A DNA stretch of 64,000 nt from Chiloscyllium plagiosum (GCF_004010195.1 NC_057726.1:61492794-61556793), one strand, 5' to 3'; positions 13,159-25,729 are shown, counted from the first letter of the stretch. Made by a program: numbers and translations. The notes: a model not told the origin generated them from the letters alone.

Positions 13159-13754
13159 CTGCAGAATCGATATTTGAATAAGAAACTGCAGAGCATAGCG
13201 AGATTTATATGCAGAGAATCGTGGATCAGACACAGAAGGGGGAGATGCAAAGGAGTATCCCAGGACGATCATGTCCAATAAATATTAGTAGGGACTGATC
13301 CCTTTTCTATAGGTAGTATGTCTTCAAGGATTACAACGTGTTTCAAATGACAAATCAGCTATAGGCCTGTAATGCAATTTATGGAGGGAACAATTCCAGA
13401 AAGGCACAAGAGACTTCTCTCTGTACTGTTTGTCAAAAGTAAAAGGTCTTACTTTTCCAACTTACCGTGCTTCCCTTGAGCGGCCTTCCACAGTGAATCT
13501 CGCATTTGTAAAACCCCGAAAGCATTGCAAAATGTCCCAGCGCTCTCCACGGCACGTTATTGAACACAACCCAGACAAAAAAAGTGATATGAGAACAGGT
13601 AGAGACAGATTTCGGGAGCGTGTGAAAGCAGAGAGAATCAGAGACGCGAAGGTCTTGGGGCGGGAAATCTGGAGTTCATTATGCGGAGATACCAGATTTT
13701 AAATGTGTAAACAGAGGATCCAAAAGTAACTGTCCTAGAACTGATTTTGTTTTA

Positions 13755-15250
13755 ACAAAACAAAGAACTGCGGGTGCTGGAAATCTGAAACAAAAACTGA
13801 AATTGCTGGCGAAATTCAGCAGGTCTGGCAGCTGGGAAGAAAGCAGAGTAACGTTTCCAGTCCAGTGGCTCTCCGTCAGAATTCTTATCAGTTACGAACA
13901 CGTGGCATTTATGCTGAAGTCGAAATTGGGGGAGGGGGTGATGAGTGGATACGTGGAGATAGAGCCCAGAGAGAGATATGAAAGAGGTAAGTCAACAGGT
14001 AGCTTATGGAGAACAGGCTAGAACAGAAGAAAAACTGAAAAATGATAAGACCAGGAAAGAATGAGTGAGCTGCGCTGAAAGCGATCCATGTAATGTGATA
14101 TTAAGCCCAAGAGTAGGTGAAAATGGGTGACTGTACTAAAAGCAATCCCCACCATAACGTACCATGGATACCTGCATAGGCTCCAGTTACGCCTCTGTGA
14201 GATACGTCGAACATTCCTTGTTCCAATCCTATTGCGATCGCCACCCACAACTCTTTCCTCAGTATATTGATGACATCATCAGTGCGGTTTCCCTTTCCCA
14301 TTCTGAACTGGAAACAATTATCAATTTCTGGGGATAGGTTGGCCGCTGGTATCCATCACACATCCATCAACTCCCACAGTTATCTTATCGCATACTCAAC
14401 TTCCTGACAGGACTCCATCCCGTTCTCCCAGATTCTCCATCTCCACTGTATTTGTTCTGATGGTGCGACCTTCGGCTGGGGTCTCAGAAATATCCACCTT
14501 TCTCCTCAAGGAGGATTCCCGCCACTGTAGTCGCCTTTAGCTGTGTTCAACCCATCTTTCGCACTTTGGCCCTCACACTTTCCCCTCCCTCGCACAGCAA
14601 TGACAAGGATTCCTGGGTGCTCACCTATCAGCCCACCAGCATTCACATCCAAAGGATCATTAGCCACCATTTCCACCACCTCCAGTAATGCCACCGTCAG
14701 GCATATGTTCCATCCCCTCCATTGTCAGCCTTCTGCCTGGACCATTGCCTCCAGGACACCCCGGTCCATTCCTTCCCATGCAATGGGAAAACATGTGACA
14801 CCTGCACCTTTGCTTCCTCCCTCCTCACTAATCAAAGCTCCAGAATCAAAACTTCCATGTTCTATGCATTCCATGATTCTAGGTGAAGCAGCAATTTATC
14901 TGCACTTCACTAACCACGGTCTATTGCATTCACTGCTAACAATGCAGTCTCTTCAACATTGGGGAAACAAAATGCAGACTGGGTGACCATCTTGCAGAAT
15001 ACCTACATTATGTCTGCAAACATGACCCAGAGTTGGCTGTCACTTCAAAACAGGCTTGCTGTAATGTTCTAGTGAGCCTCAGAACAAGCTTGAGGAACAA
15101 TATTTAGTTTTCTGCTTGTGGACCCTGCAGCCTTCAGAATTCAACATGGGGTTAAAGAACTTTATAGCCCTTTTCATCCTTTCATGTTTTTACCCACCCC
15201 ACACCCAGTCCTGTCATGACATGGGTTGCTTTCATTTGCATTTCGTATTA
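13755..15250 (+). mobile_element. Degenerate Penelope-like element (inverted left end, RT/GIY-YIG remnants)
   Basis: Similar to 22789-24275 and 50090-51905. Remnant ctattgcattcactgc...cattggggaaacaaaatgcagactgggtgacc reads as YCIxC...IGETKxRLGD. Confidence 0.65.
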
Positions 15251-15289
15251 TCTCCTGCTCTCAGCTTCCATTATCAATTAGTTAATCTT

Positions 15290-16740
15290 TATAGAGTCAA
15301 AGTGTCATACAGCACGGAAATAGATCCTTTAGTCCAACTCATACGTGCCGACCAGGGTTCCCAAACTAACTATTTACTTGTCTTTGGCCCATATCCCTCT
15401 AAACCTTTCCTATTCATTGACCTGTCCCAATGTCATTCAGATGTTGTAACTGGAGCTGCATCTATCACTTCCTCTGGCAGTTCATCTCACTTCAATCAGA
15501 TTCAGTGTGAAAATGTTGCACCTATTACCTTAAAATATGCCTTCTAGTTTTAAATTCTCCTACCTCAAGAAATCAAGCTTTGCTATTCATCTTATCTATG
15601 CCTGCCATGATTTTATAAACCTTTATAAGGTCACCCCTCAACCACATATGCTCCAGTGAAAAACGACCCAGCCTATCCAGCTTCTCCCTATAACTTAAAC
15701 CCTCCAGTCCAGGTAATATCCACATAAATCTTTTAAACATCATCTCCAATTTAATAGTATCATTTCAATAGCAGGGTGACCTGAACTGTGCACAGTACTC
15801 CAAAAGTGGCTTCACTAACTTCCTGTACAGCCACAACATGATGTCTCAACTCCTTCACCCAATTGTTTGATCAATGAAGACAACCGTGTCAAATACCGAC
15901 TTTACCATCCAGTACATGTCTGATGCAACTTTCCAAAAAATATATACCTTAACCCTTAGTTCTCTGTGTGACAACAATCCCAATGCCCCACCATTAACTG
16001 TATAAATCCTGCCCTTGTTCATCTTACCAAAACACAGCACTTCACATTGATCCAAATTAAACTCCACCTGCCACTCCTTGACCCACTGGTCCAATTGACC
16101 AAAATCCCTTTATAATCTTAGATAAAGTTTTTTCACTGTGCTATAGTAACAATTTTGGTGCCATTCGCAAACTTACCATACCTCCAGAATTCTCATCAAA
16201 ATCGTTCGTATAAATGACAAGCAACAGTGGGTCCAGCATCGGTTCCAATGGAACACCACTGGTTACAGACCTCCAGTCTGAAAACAACCCTCTAAACCCA
16301 CCATCTGTCTCCTACCATCTAGACAGTTTTCCATCCAATTGGCAAGCTATCCCTGATTCCCATGTGATCTAACTTGACTAACCAATCTTCCAGTCAGAAC
16401 CTTGTCAGAGGTTTTACTAAAGCCCATGTCGACAACATCTACCCTTCTGTCCTCCATCTATCTTCTTGGTCATGTCCTCAATCAACTCAATCACGTTTGT
16501 GAGATGCAAATTCCCACATACAAAGCCTGGTGACTATCCCTAAAGAGTCTTTGCCTTTCGAAATCCATGCAAATCCTGTCTATCACAACTGGCTCTAATA
16601 ACTTACAAGTAGAACATCGAACATTACAGCGCAGTGTCGCATTACCGACCTGTGAAACCAATCTGAAGCCCATCTAACCTACACTATTCCATTCTCGTCC
16701 GTATGTCAACCAATGACTATTTAAATGTCCTTATTGAACT
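15290..16740 (-). mobile_element. CR1-clade LINE, 3' ~1.4 kb, degenerate
   Basis: Minus-strand peptides WQVEFNLDQCEVLCFGK and RQRLFRDSHQ. CR1 tail repeat (tagagtca) at the left end. Confidence 0.85.
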
Positions 16741-17074
16741 CAATGGTCTACAATTCCCAGTCTTTTCATTTCAGCCTTCCTTAAGTAAAGGCTCAATAAT
16801 ATCTACCCAACAGTCCTCCGGCACCTCACCCGTGGTATTAGATGTTAGAAATATCTCTGCTACGGGCCTACAATTTTTTTCTCTAACGTTCCACAACGTC
16901 TTTTTAGGTGTAATTTCAGTTTTCTTCGACAAGAATTTGATAAAGAATGATCTTTTATCTTTCAAATCTCTTCATCTCGCCCTCTCTCGTTTGGACAGCT
17001 GTTCAGCTAGATGTCTACTCTCTAAACTCAAGTTTGAACACTTGCCTCAGAGCTGCAAATGTTTCCAGTCTTAC

Positions 17075-17368
17075 CTGGATTGACGGTGTAGTTGACACTG
17101 GCGGGTACAGGAAGGGAAACATGTGACACCAGACAAGTATAAACCACTCCGCTCCTGACGGGATGCGCTTCTTCCAAAGAGCTGGAAACCTCATAAAGTC
17201 CATCTGCTGTCGTCTTCACGGTTTGTATACTGGTCAGATTTTCGACACCATCTCTTCGCCAGGTGATACCGACAGACTCCGGGTAGCAGGCAGCGGTTTT
17301 ACACACGAGTTTCAAGGAATCGGCGGAAATCCCTTCAACTTGAATGAGCTTCAGTGGCAACGGCGACA
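17075..17368 (-). CDS. Receptor copy A, Ig C1-set domain exon
   Basis: Acceptor ttctcctttaag, donor CAG/gtaaga, 294 bp, phase 1-1. C1 motifs LVCKTAACYP..VGITW, DGLYEVSSSL and YTCLVSH (Y-x-C-x-V-x-H signature). Confidence 0.95.
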
Positions 17369-18892
17369 CTTAAAGGAGAAAATAAAAATTTAATGGAATA
17401 TCTCCTCATTTGACTACATCCGTGATGCTGTTACATACATAGCGTGACAATACTTATGCTCTTTATCGTTTAATTTTAAACATTGAAGTGTTCTATCCCC
17501 ACATCAAAATAGCAGGAATATGTGAAACGATAAGCAAAGAGTTTGAATCTCCCAGGACTGGTAACATGAAGGAAGACAGACACAATGTTCGGAAAGAGAT
17601 CCTGGAACGGGATTGGGGTTAGCAGCAGTCGGACCTCTGAGCAAATATTTCGAAGACAGTACACCTTAGTGTGCTGCTGAATCCTTTCTCCCCTTAGTGC
17701 AGTAGGGAAGGTTTGCGGTACTAAACATTTTGTCTCGCAAATTTCCTTAAAGCATATCCTGAGGAAGAGTCAAATCAAATTTCGAACGTTAACTCTATAT
17801 CTCTCCGCAAATGCTGCCACATCCATTGGGATTTTTTGTTGTGTTTTCCTCCTTTACACCTCACCCCTGCACCTTATAATTATTTTTTAGGTAGGGATAG
17901 CCATGACAGCCCCGGAGTCTCCTGCAGTGCACTCCAGATCCTTAGAAAACTTTGCTGACTTTGCTGACTGTTTTGGAAATTATCCTAAATTTGTATCCTC
18001 TGTTTGTTCATACCCATGGGAACAGCTTATCAGGTGTTTCCCGTCCTTAGCCTTGTTAATGACTGATCAGTGTGAAGTTCATAACATCCGCAAAGATGCA
18101 GAATCCAAGACGGAAAATTCTAATTCTGAACGCATGTCTTATATAATTCCAGAGTTTTTGTACTTCCCTACATTCATTGTGTCTGCTGATCTCTGTGTTC
18201 CCCTGCTTTTATCAGCGTTTTGTTTTGCCTTTAACAGACTGAATCAGTGTCCGCACAATCTCTAGGCGTCATATAACCTGAGATATGGGGCCTTGTTAAA
18301 TTTGCGTTGTTTGTGAGATTATTGAGGAACAATTTCGATGTTTTCTATACATGCATAATTTCCGAAATGTTGAAATACAAAATAATATAAATTTGCAAGT
18401 TTTATGGCCTGCACTAAGTACATAGCCAAGACTCAGAATTGTATTATTCTTTAACCCTGGATCTGCGTTAGTTAAGGGTGGCAAAAGATATGACCCAGGA
18501 GATGGTAGAATTGTTCCCATTGTCGCACATCAACATGGTTACTTTGGAGAGAAGGGACAAAGTTTTCTTAACTCATTAATTCATTCCAAACCAAAATTTA
18601 AACTTCTATTCTATGTCGGTATCTTCGTTTGAGAAGAATTATAAGCGGACAAAAATAACTGTTTGGAGATAAAACCCTTTCAAATATCAGGAGAGCAAGC
18701 GAGTGAAATTGGTCTTAGACTAAAGTACTCAAATAGCGAGAGTGAACCGATTGCTATTTAACACGAGTTCAATGACAAAGAAACACAAATCAATTTAAAA
18801 GCAATTCGAAGAATCTTCACTTAGCGGTCAAAAAAAATTGCACGTATCTAATAAAACTGAAAAGCAGCCTATCCCGGTACAAGGATCCTTAC

Positions 18893-19198
18893 CGTAAACA
18901 GTCAGCTGTGTGCCACCTCCATCGTCAATCCACCTTCGCCGGTGCTTTACCTCACAGAAATACACTCCGGCGTCAGCAAAACTGGCGTTTAGGATCTTAA
19001 AAGAACTTGTTCCCTTGTTTGTATTGATTCGCTTTCTGCTGTCTGGCTTCAGAAACGATTCCTCACCCCGTCTCCGCCAATAAACATCAGGAGTTTCTTC
19101 AAAGATAGGAAACATGCAGAACATGGAAACATTCCCACCTCTGGTGACGCTCAACAACTTCGGGAACTGTTTCACTTTTCTCAAAGTTACTTCAGCCG
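18893..19198 (-). CDS. Receptor copy A, Ig V-set (VJ-type) domain exon
   Basis: Acceptor tttcttttctgatag, donor ACG/gtaagg, 306 bp, phase 1-1. B-strand Cys (MFC), C-strand Trp (VYW), DAGVYFC and J-like GGGTQLTV all in one exon. Confidence 0.95.
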
Positions 19199-19936
19199 CT
19201 ATCAGAAAAGAAAGAGTCACGATAATATTTGCAAACGAACATACACCACACGAAGTAAGATTAGGCCTTTCAGCCTCTTAAACCTGCTCGGCTAGTCAAT
19301 AATTCTGTTCTGATTGCAGCTTCGACTCGACTCCGCTTTCCCGCGTATCCCTGAGAACCTTTCAACTCGTTGCTTGATGAGAATACGACAGACATAGGGA
19401 AAAAAGGACTTCGCGAATTAAAATGCAAGAACTGTTGAAAACTCTAGCAATCAAAGTGGAGTAGCACAGTGTTTAATTGTACAACGCAGAGCTATTGCAC
19501 CATCCTCTAAAAAGAATGCAAAAGATTTGGCGTAGGAGCATGTCGTAATGAAACGTACCTGTCCAAATTATGCCAAGGAGAGACATATACGGTACTATAA
19601 CTGTCACCAGCATATTTCAGATTTTTAAAAACGTCGTTGGCTTGTTGTTGTAGATGTGGATAGTGTACTGAATGGTTTGGTAGGAAAATTTTATCAAACC
19701 GATTACCATGATCTAAGATGTCACATGACAAGTGTTACGTCCTAGATGTCTAGGAACTGGGAGGTTCCCTGATCACTCCGGGTTGAGCAGATTCTATCTG
19801 ATGGCAAGGTCTTGCTGACACTACCAGCTTTTCAATAATTTATCAACAACAATGTTGGTGCCTTGGCTCAGTCTGAAAATAATGGTTCAGGTCGGAGGCA
19901 TGGCCATGTCTCCAGTATCTCACCTAAAGTATTCAC

Positions 19937-19991
19937 CTCCATGCAGGGCAGTGAGAGTGAGAAAATATTTAGCCTGGGCCTGCAAGTTCAT
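19937..19991 (-). CDS. Receptor copy A, leader exon MNLQAQAKYFLTLTALHG(A)
   Basis: Acceptor tttctgcttcag 6 nt before the ATG; donor GAG/gtgaat, phase 1, in frame with the V exon. Conserved in all three copies. Confidence 0.75.
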
Positions 19992-20097
19992 TACAATCTG
20001 AAGCAGAAATCACTGGAATAACAATTAAAATTAATAATCCTGCTCAATTCCCTTTCTCCCGTCCAGGACTGTCGATGATAATATTAGTTTTACTCAC

Positions 20098-20161
20098 GAC
20101 AGATGTGAAATTCCAGACCACTGTTCACTTGGTTCGCAGTTGCAGCTATTAATCTAACAGC
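20098..20161 (-). other. Putative non-coding 5' UTR exon of copy A
   Basis: Acceptor-like gctgcctttcag and donor GTC/gtgagt. The donor is conserved in copies B (~28120) and C (~57256). In-frame stop relative to the leader ATG. Confidence 0.45.
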
Positions 20162-20934
20162 CTGAAAGGCAGCAAATAGTATTCACGGGCTGTTTGTTGG
20201 GCATTTCCAAATGAAACTGCGCGGAGAAGCGGAATAAATAGACCACCATTTTGCTGAGAGCAATTAAAAGAAAGGATAACAATGGAAGTGGGAACAAGAA
20301 CGGAAATTGCTGGAGAAACTGAAGGTCTGACAGCATCTGTGGGAAGAGAGTAGAGCTGGTGTTTCGAGTCTGGCTTCATCAGTATCCGAACACGGAGAAA
20401 TGGGACAATGATTATGCGCCGTGTTCAGTTTCTTGTAGTTTCCAAATTTGTTCCGCCTTCTATTGGTTTGTCACCGCACTGGTAACAACAGACAGGACTA
20501 GTTGTACCCCGCTTCTTCTCAGTAGACTCTAGTGCTTTTGTAAATCGCGTTAGCACTTTGTTATTTAATTTGTGACTCTTCTTTAGTTTGCCTTATAAAA
20601 CTGTTGTGAACGCTGACCTCCAGCATCAATTCACCACATCCTTCTCGATTCTAACGAGAAAAACCTTAGCTTCCCAGTCTCTCCACGTAGTTAAATCCCA
20701 CAATCTCGTTTACATTCTGGCAAACATCTCCTCCGGTGTTTCCATTATCGTGAAACCCTCTCTAATAGATGGTGGACAGTTTGCACATAACACTTCAGCT
20801 GAAACCTAAATAGTTCTTAACAAATGCTTCGTGCAACTTTCTTGCTTTATGCGCCATCGCTCTATTAACAATGCTAAGAATCCTTTATATTTGTCCTGCT
20901 ACCTTAAAAAAAATGTACATGCACCCCAGGTCTT

Positions 20935-21506
20935 AGAGTCATACAGTATGGAAACAGACCCTTGTCTAACCAGTCCATGCCGACCATAACCTCAAATCAA
21001 AGTAGTCCCACCCGCCTGTTCTTGGCCCATATGCTCCAAATATTTCGTATCCATGTACTTATCCAAATGTCTTTTAAATACAGTATTGTAACTGTACCTA
21101 CAACCACCACTTCCTCTGGAAGTCATTCCACACAACAACCACTCCCTGTCTAATAAAAAACCTTTCAGGTCGTTTTAAAAATGTTCTCCTTAAGTTTAAA
21201 AAATGACCCGTAGTCTTGAAATCCCCCACCCTAGGGAACAGACACCTCCCATTCACCTTAACTGTACCCCTCATTATTTAATCAATCTCCAACACTCCAG
21301 TGCAAAAAGGTCCCAGACTCTCCAGCCAATGCTTGTGACTCAAGCCCCTCCATTCTTGAAAATATCCTGGTAAATCTCTGCTCAACCCTTCCAATTTAAC
21401 AATATACCTTGTATAACAGGGAGACCAGACTGGACAGTGTATTCCAGATGATGCCAGACAAACCCCCTGTACGACCTTAACATGACGTCCCAACTCGTAT
21501 ACAGTA
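20935..21506 (-). mobile_element. CR1-clade LINE 3' end, interrupted at 21506
   Basis: CR1 tail (tagagtcatacag), peptide CPVWSPCY...KLEG. Appears to resume briefly at 29711-29736. Confidence 0.75.
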
Positions 21507-21511
21507 TTGAA

Positions 21512-22288
21512 AATTTAGATCAGAGTGGTGCTGGAAAAGCACAGCAGGTCAGGCAGCATCCGAGGAGCAGGANNAATTGGTGTGGGGATGGAGGTGATAG
21601 GTCAGAGGGGAGGGTGGACAGGTGGGAAGGGAAATTGGCAGGTAGGACAGGTCATGAGGACAGTGCTGAGCTGGAAGGTTGGAACTGAGGGAGGGGTAAT
21701 GAGGAAATTGGTGAAGTCCACATTGATGCCCAAGGGTTGAAGTGTTCCAAGGTGGAAGATGAGGCATTCTTCCTTCAGGCGTCGGATGGTGAGGGATTGG
21801 CGGTAGAGGAGGCACAGGACCTGCATGTCCTCGGCAGAGTGGAGGGGGAGTTGAAATGTTGGGCCAGGGGTGGTGGGGTTGATTGCTGTGGATGTCCCGG
21901 AGATGTTCCCCGAAGCGCTCTGCGAGGAGGCGTCCAGTCTCCCCAGTGTAGAGGAGACCACATCGGGAGCAACGGATACAATAAATGAGATTGGTGATGC
22001 ATAACTGAAACTCTGATGGATGTGGAAGGCTCCTTTGGGGGCTTGGATGGTGCTGAGGGAGGCAGTGTGGGTGCAGGTTTTGCAATTCCTGCGGTGGCAG
22101 GGAAGGGTGCCAGGAGGGTAGTGTGGTTTGTTGGGGTGTGTGGACCTGACCAGGTAGTCACAGAGGGAACGGTCTTTGTGGAAACTGGAAAGGGGTGGGA
22201 AGGAAATATATCCCTGCTGGTGGGGTCCGTTTGGAGGTGGCGGAAATGTTGGCGGATGATATGGTTAATGCGAAGGTTGGTAGGGTGG
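21512..22288 (-). mobile_element. Penelope-like retroelement, GIY-YIG endonuclease region, running into the gap
   Basis: Minus ORF NLIYCIRCSRCGLLYTGETGRLLAERFGEH and RRLKEECLIFHLGTLQPLGINVDF. Terminal sequence shared with 28355 and, inverted, with 29675. Confidence 0.85.
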
Positions 22289-22788
22289 NNNNNNNNNNNN
22301 NNNNNNNNNNNNNNNNNNNNNNNNNNNNNNNNNNNNNNNNNNNNNNNNNNNNNNNNNNNNNNNNNNNNNNNNNNNNNNNNNNNNNNNNNNNNNNNNNNNN
22401 NNNNNNNNNNNNNNNNNNNNNNNNNNNNNNNNNNNNNNNNNNNNNNNNNNNNNNNNNNNNNNNNNNNNNNNNNNNNNNNNNNNNNNNNNNNNNNNNNNNN
22501 NNNNNNNNNNNNNNNNNNNNNNNNNNNNNNNNNNNNNNNNNNNNNNNNNNNNNNNNNNNNNNNNNNNNNNNNNNNNNNNNNNNNNNNNNNNNNNNNNNNN
22601 NNNNNNNNNNNNNNNNNNNNNNNNNNNNNNNNNNNNNNNNNNNNNNNNNNNNNNNNNNNNNNNNNNNNNNNNNNNNNNNNNNNNNNNNNNNNNNNNNNNN
22701 NNNNNNNNNNNNNNNNNNNNNNNNNNNNNNNNNNNNNNNNNNNNNNNNNNNNNNNNNNNNNNNNNNNNNNNNNNNNNNNNNNNNNNNN
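22289..22788. other. Assembly gap (500 N)
   Basis: Run of N. Confidence 1.
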
Positions 22789-25245
22789 CATGGTCTTCAG
22801 TTCTGTCTGTCTCCTTGTAGGGTACATGGAACTTCCCTTATCCTTATCCCATTCAGGTCCTGCCCCACAACTCTTTCCCTGTTTCATCGCTAATTCATCA
22901 GTGCTTCTTCTGACTCTCATCAAAAACTGGAAAAAGTGATTAATTTCACTTTCAATTTCTACCCTGCTCCTACCTTCTCCTAGTTCATCTCTGACTCCTC
23001 CCTTCCCTTCCTCGACTTTCTGTTTCTTTTTCTGGGTATATTTCTGGCCACCAATTTTCATTACAAACCCACCAACTTCCACAGTTACATGGGCTATCAA
23101 TCCTCACACTGCAAATCCTGTAAAGACTCCTTTCCATTCCAAGTTCTCCATTTGCATCACATCTGTTCTGATGATGCTACCTTCAGTAGGGGGGTCACAG
23201 AAATATCCACTTTTTTTCTCATCCAAGGATTCTCTGCTACATGTTTAAGAGGGCCTTCAGCCATTTCTGATCCATCTCCCATTCTTCTGCCCTCACTCAT
23301 CTTCATCCACAATACCGATAGGGTCCTCGTTGTCAACTTCCAGCTCACCTCCCCCAAAGTCACCATTTCTGACACCTCCCATGGGGAGCCACCACCAGAC
23401 ACACATGCCTTTCCCCTCCTTTGCCACCAATCTGCCACCCTTGCCCACTCATCCTCCACTCCCAACACACCCTTACACTCCCACGTCACCTTGCCATGCA
23501 GAAGGGGCAACACTTTCCCGTTTACATTCTCCATCCTCACTATCTAATGTCTCAGATGCACCTTGCAGGTAGGGCACTGATTTACCTGCACTTTACTCAA
23601 TCTAGTCTCCTGTATTCATTGCTCATAATGTAGTCACCTTTACATTGGGTAGACAAAACACAGACTGGCTTGCAGAACACCTGTGTTCTGTCTGCAAAAT
23701 GTACCCTGAGCTTCTAACTGCTTGCCGCATCAACAGATTACCATAGTCCCAGCCAACATCTCTGTCTCGGGCCTGCTGCAGTACTCCAGTGAAGCTCAGT
23801 GCAAGCTAAAAGAACAGCACCTCATTTTCCACGTGGGGATCATGTAGTCTTCAGCACTCAATGTCCAGTTCAATAATTTTAGGACCTGAACATTTATTCC
23901 ATGAATTTTACCCTCCCCCACACCCCAAGCCCAGACATGACATGAGCTGCTTTCAACATAGCCAACCGAATTTCATCTACTTATGATCCCCATCATCAAC
24001 TTTTCTTCCTCCGTGGCATGTTATCATCTATCCCTTTGCCTGCCAAACTGTCATTGTCTCTGGGTTCCATCTCCGCCTATCTGTTCTCTCCCTCTCTCCC
24101 ACACCAAACATGGCTTCAGCAAAAATACCACCCTTTCCTAGTTGCTATCAGTTCTGAAAAATGGTCACTGAACTCAAAATATTAACTCTGCTTTCTCTCC
24201 AGAGATGCTGGCAGGCTTTCTGAGTTTCTCCAGCATTTTCTCTTTTTTTCCAACATCCACAGTTCTTTGTTTTGTCTGGATGGCAAGTTAGATGTCATAA
24301 GCTTTCGTCCTTTGACCCCAACTATTTACAATCTACATTAACAACTTGGAAAGAGAGATTGAATGCCCTATATTTGCGGAAGACACAAAAATAGGCAGGA
24401 TGGTAAATTGCAATGATGAAATAAGAACCTTACAAATGAATATAGATAGATAAGGTGAGTGGTCCAATATGTGGCAGATAAATGGCTAAGTGGCTGATTG
24501 TGAGGTCATGCATTTGGCTCAGAAAAATGGGAATGCAACCTATTATCTTAATGGGTAGAGACTTCGTGGTACTCTGGTGCAGATGGATTTAGGTGTACTC
24601 ATTCATGAGTCAGAGAAAACTGGCATGAGGTACAGTAAATACTAAAGAACGCGAATGAAATGTTGGCTTTTATAGCTTCAGGAAAATAATATAACGTTAG
24701 GGAAGTATTGTTGCAACAAGACAAGGTATTGTTGAGACCGCGCCTGGAGTGTTGTGCACAGTTTTGGACCTCTTATTGAGGAAAGATGTAATGGCATTGG
24801 AGAAAGTTCAGAGGAGGTTCATGGATTGATCCCAGAGATGAGAGATTTGTCATATGAAGAGAGATTGTACAATTTAGGCCTATACTCACTGGAATTTCGC
24901 AGAATGAGGGGAGATCAAATTGGGGTATTCATGATGATAAAAGGTATAGATGCAATAGACGTGGAGCAAATAGAGTCATAGAGATGTACAGCTCAGAAAC
25001 AGATTATTCAGTCCAACTCATCCATGTTGACCAGATATCCCAACTCAATCTGTTCCCACCTGCCAGCAGCTGGCCCATATCCCTCCAAACCCTTCGTATT
25101 CATATATTTATCCAGATGCCTTTTACATGTTGCAATCGTACTAGCCTCCACCACTTCCTCTGGCAGCTCATTCCGTATAAATACCATGCTCTGCATGAAA
25201 ACGGTTTCCCTTAGGTCTCTTTTATATCTTTTCCCTCTCATCCTA
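22789..25245. mobile_element. PLE remnant (+, to ~24275), CR1 fragment (+, ~24280-24970) and CR1 3' end (-, ~24972-25245); block paralogous to 50533-52890
   Basis: Near-identical spurious ORFs in both blocks (e.g. 23089-23547 vs 50833-51291). CR1 peptide LSYEERLYNLGLYSLEFRRMRGD. Confidence 0.8.
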
Positions 25246-25435
25246 ATTTCATTTTACTTGTTAAGAATTTGAGGAATATTTTGATTCTTTTCACATTTAT
25301 TACACTTTGGGAATTAATACAGGTTGCAACCACACGTTTCCCCGTGTTTGGACAGTTGTTCAACTGCCTGTCTACTCTCTAAACCCAGATTGGAGCACTG
25401 GACCATTTCACTGTTGCCAATGTTTCCAGTCTTAC

Positions 25436-25729
25436 CTGGATTGACGGTGTAGTTGACACTGGCGGGTACAGGAAGGGAAACATGTGACACCAGACAGGTA
25501 TAAACCACTCCAGTCCTGACGGGATGCGCTTCTTCCAAAGAGCTGGAAACCTCATAAAGTCCATCTGCTGTCTTCTTCACGGTTTGTATACTGGTCAGAT
25601 TTTCGACACCATCTCTTCGCCAGGTGATACCGACAGGATCCGGGTAACAGGCAGCGGTTTTACACACGAGTTTCAAGGAATCGGCGGAAATCCCTTCAAC
25701 TTGAATGAGCTTCAGTGGCAACGGCGACA
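25436..25729 (-). CDS. Receptor copy B, Ig C1-set domain exon
   Basis: 294 bp, same splice sites as copy A, open frame, 4 aa differences from A. Confidence 0.9.

Noticed and set aside
17075-19198. Rearranging or germline-joined Ig light chain or TCR cluster
   Set aside because: No RSS noticed at the V exon ends, no FGxG aromatic, and C1 is followed by TM and ITIM/ITSM exons. Light chains have no TM; TCR chains have a charged TM and a short tail.
18893-19198. Naming the gene NCR3 (NKp30), SIRPA, NCR3LG1 or TAPBPL
   Set aside because: NKp30 has no C1 and a charged TM, SIRPA has two C1 domains, and tapasin-like and B7-H6 proteins lack this tail. No database search was possible, so no symbol is given.
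20149-20379. Minus-strand ORFs upstream of the leader (also 28178-28384 and 57249-57680) as coding exons
   Set aside because: Stops differ between paralogues, the frames do not connect to the leader, and they partly derive from repeats.
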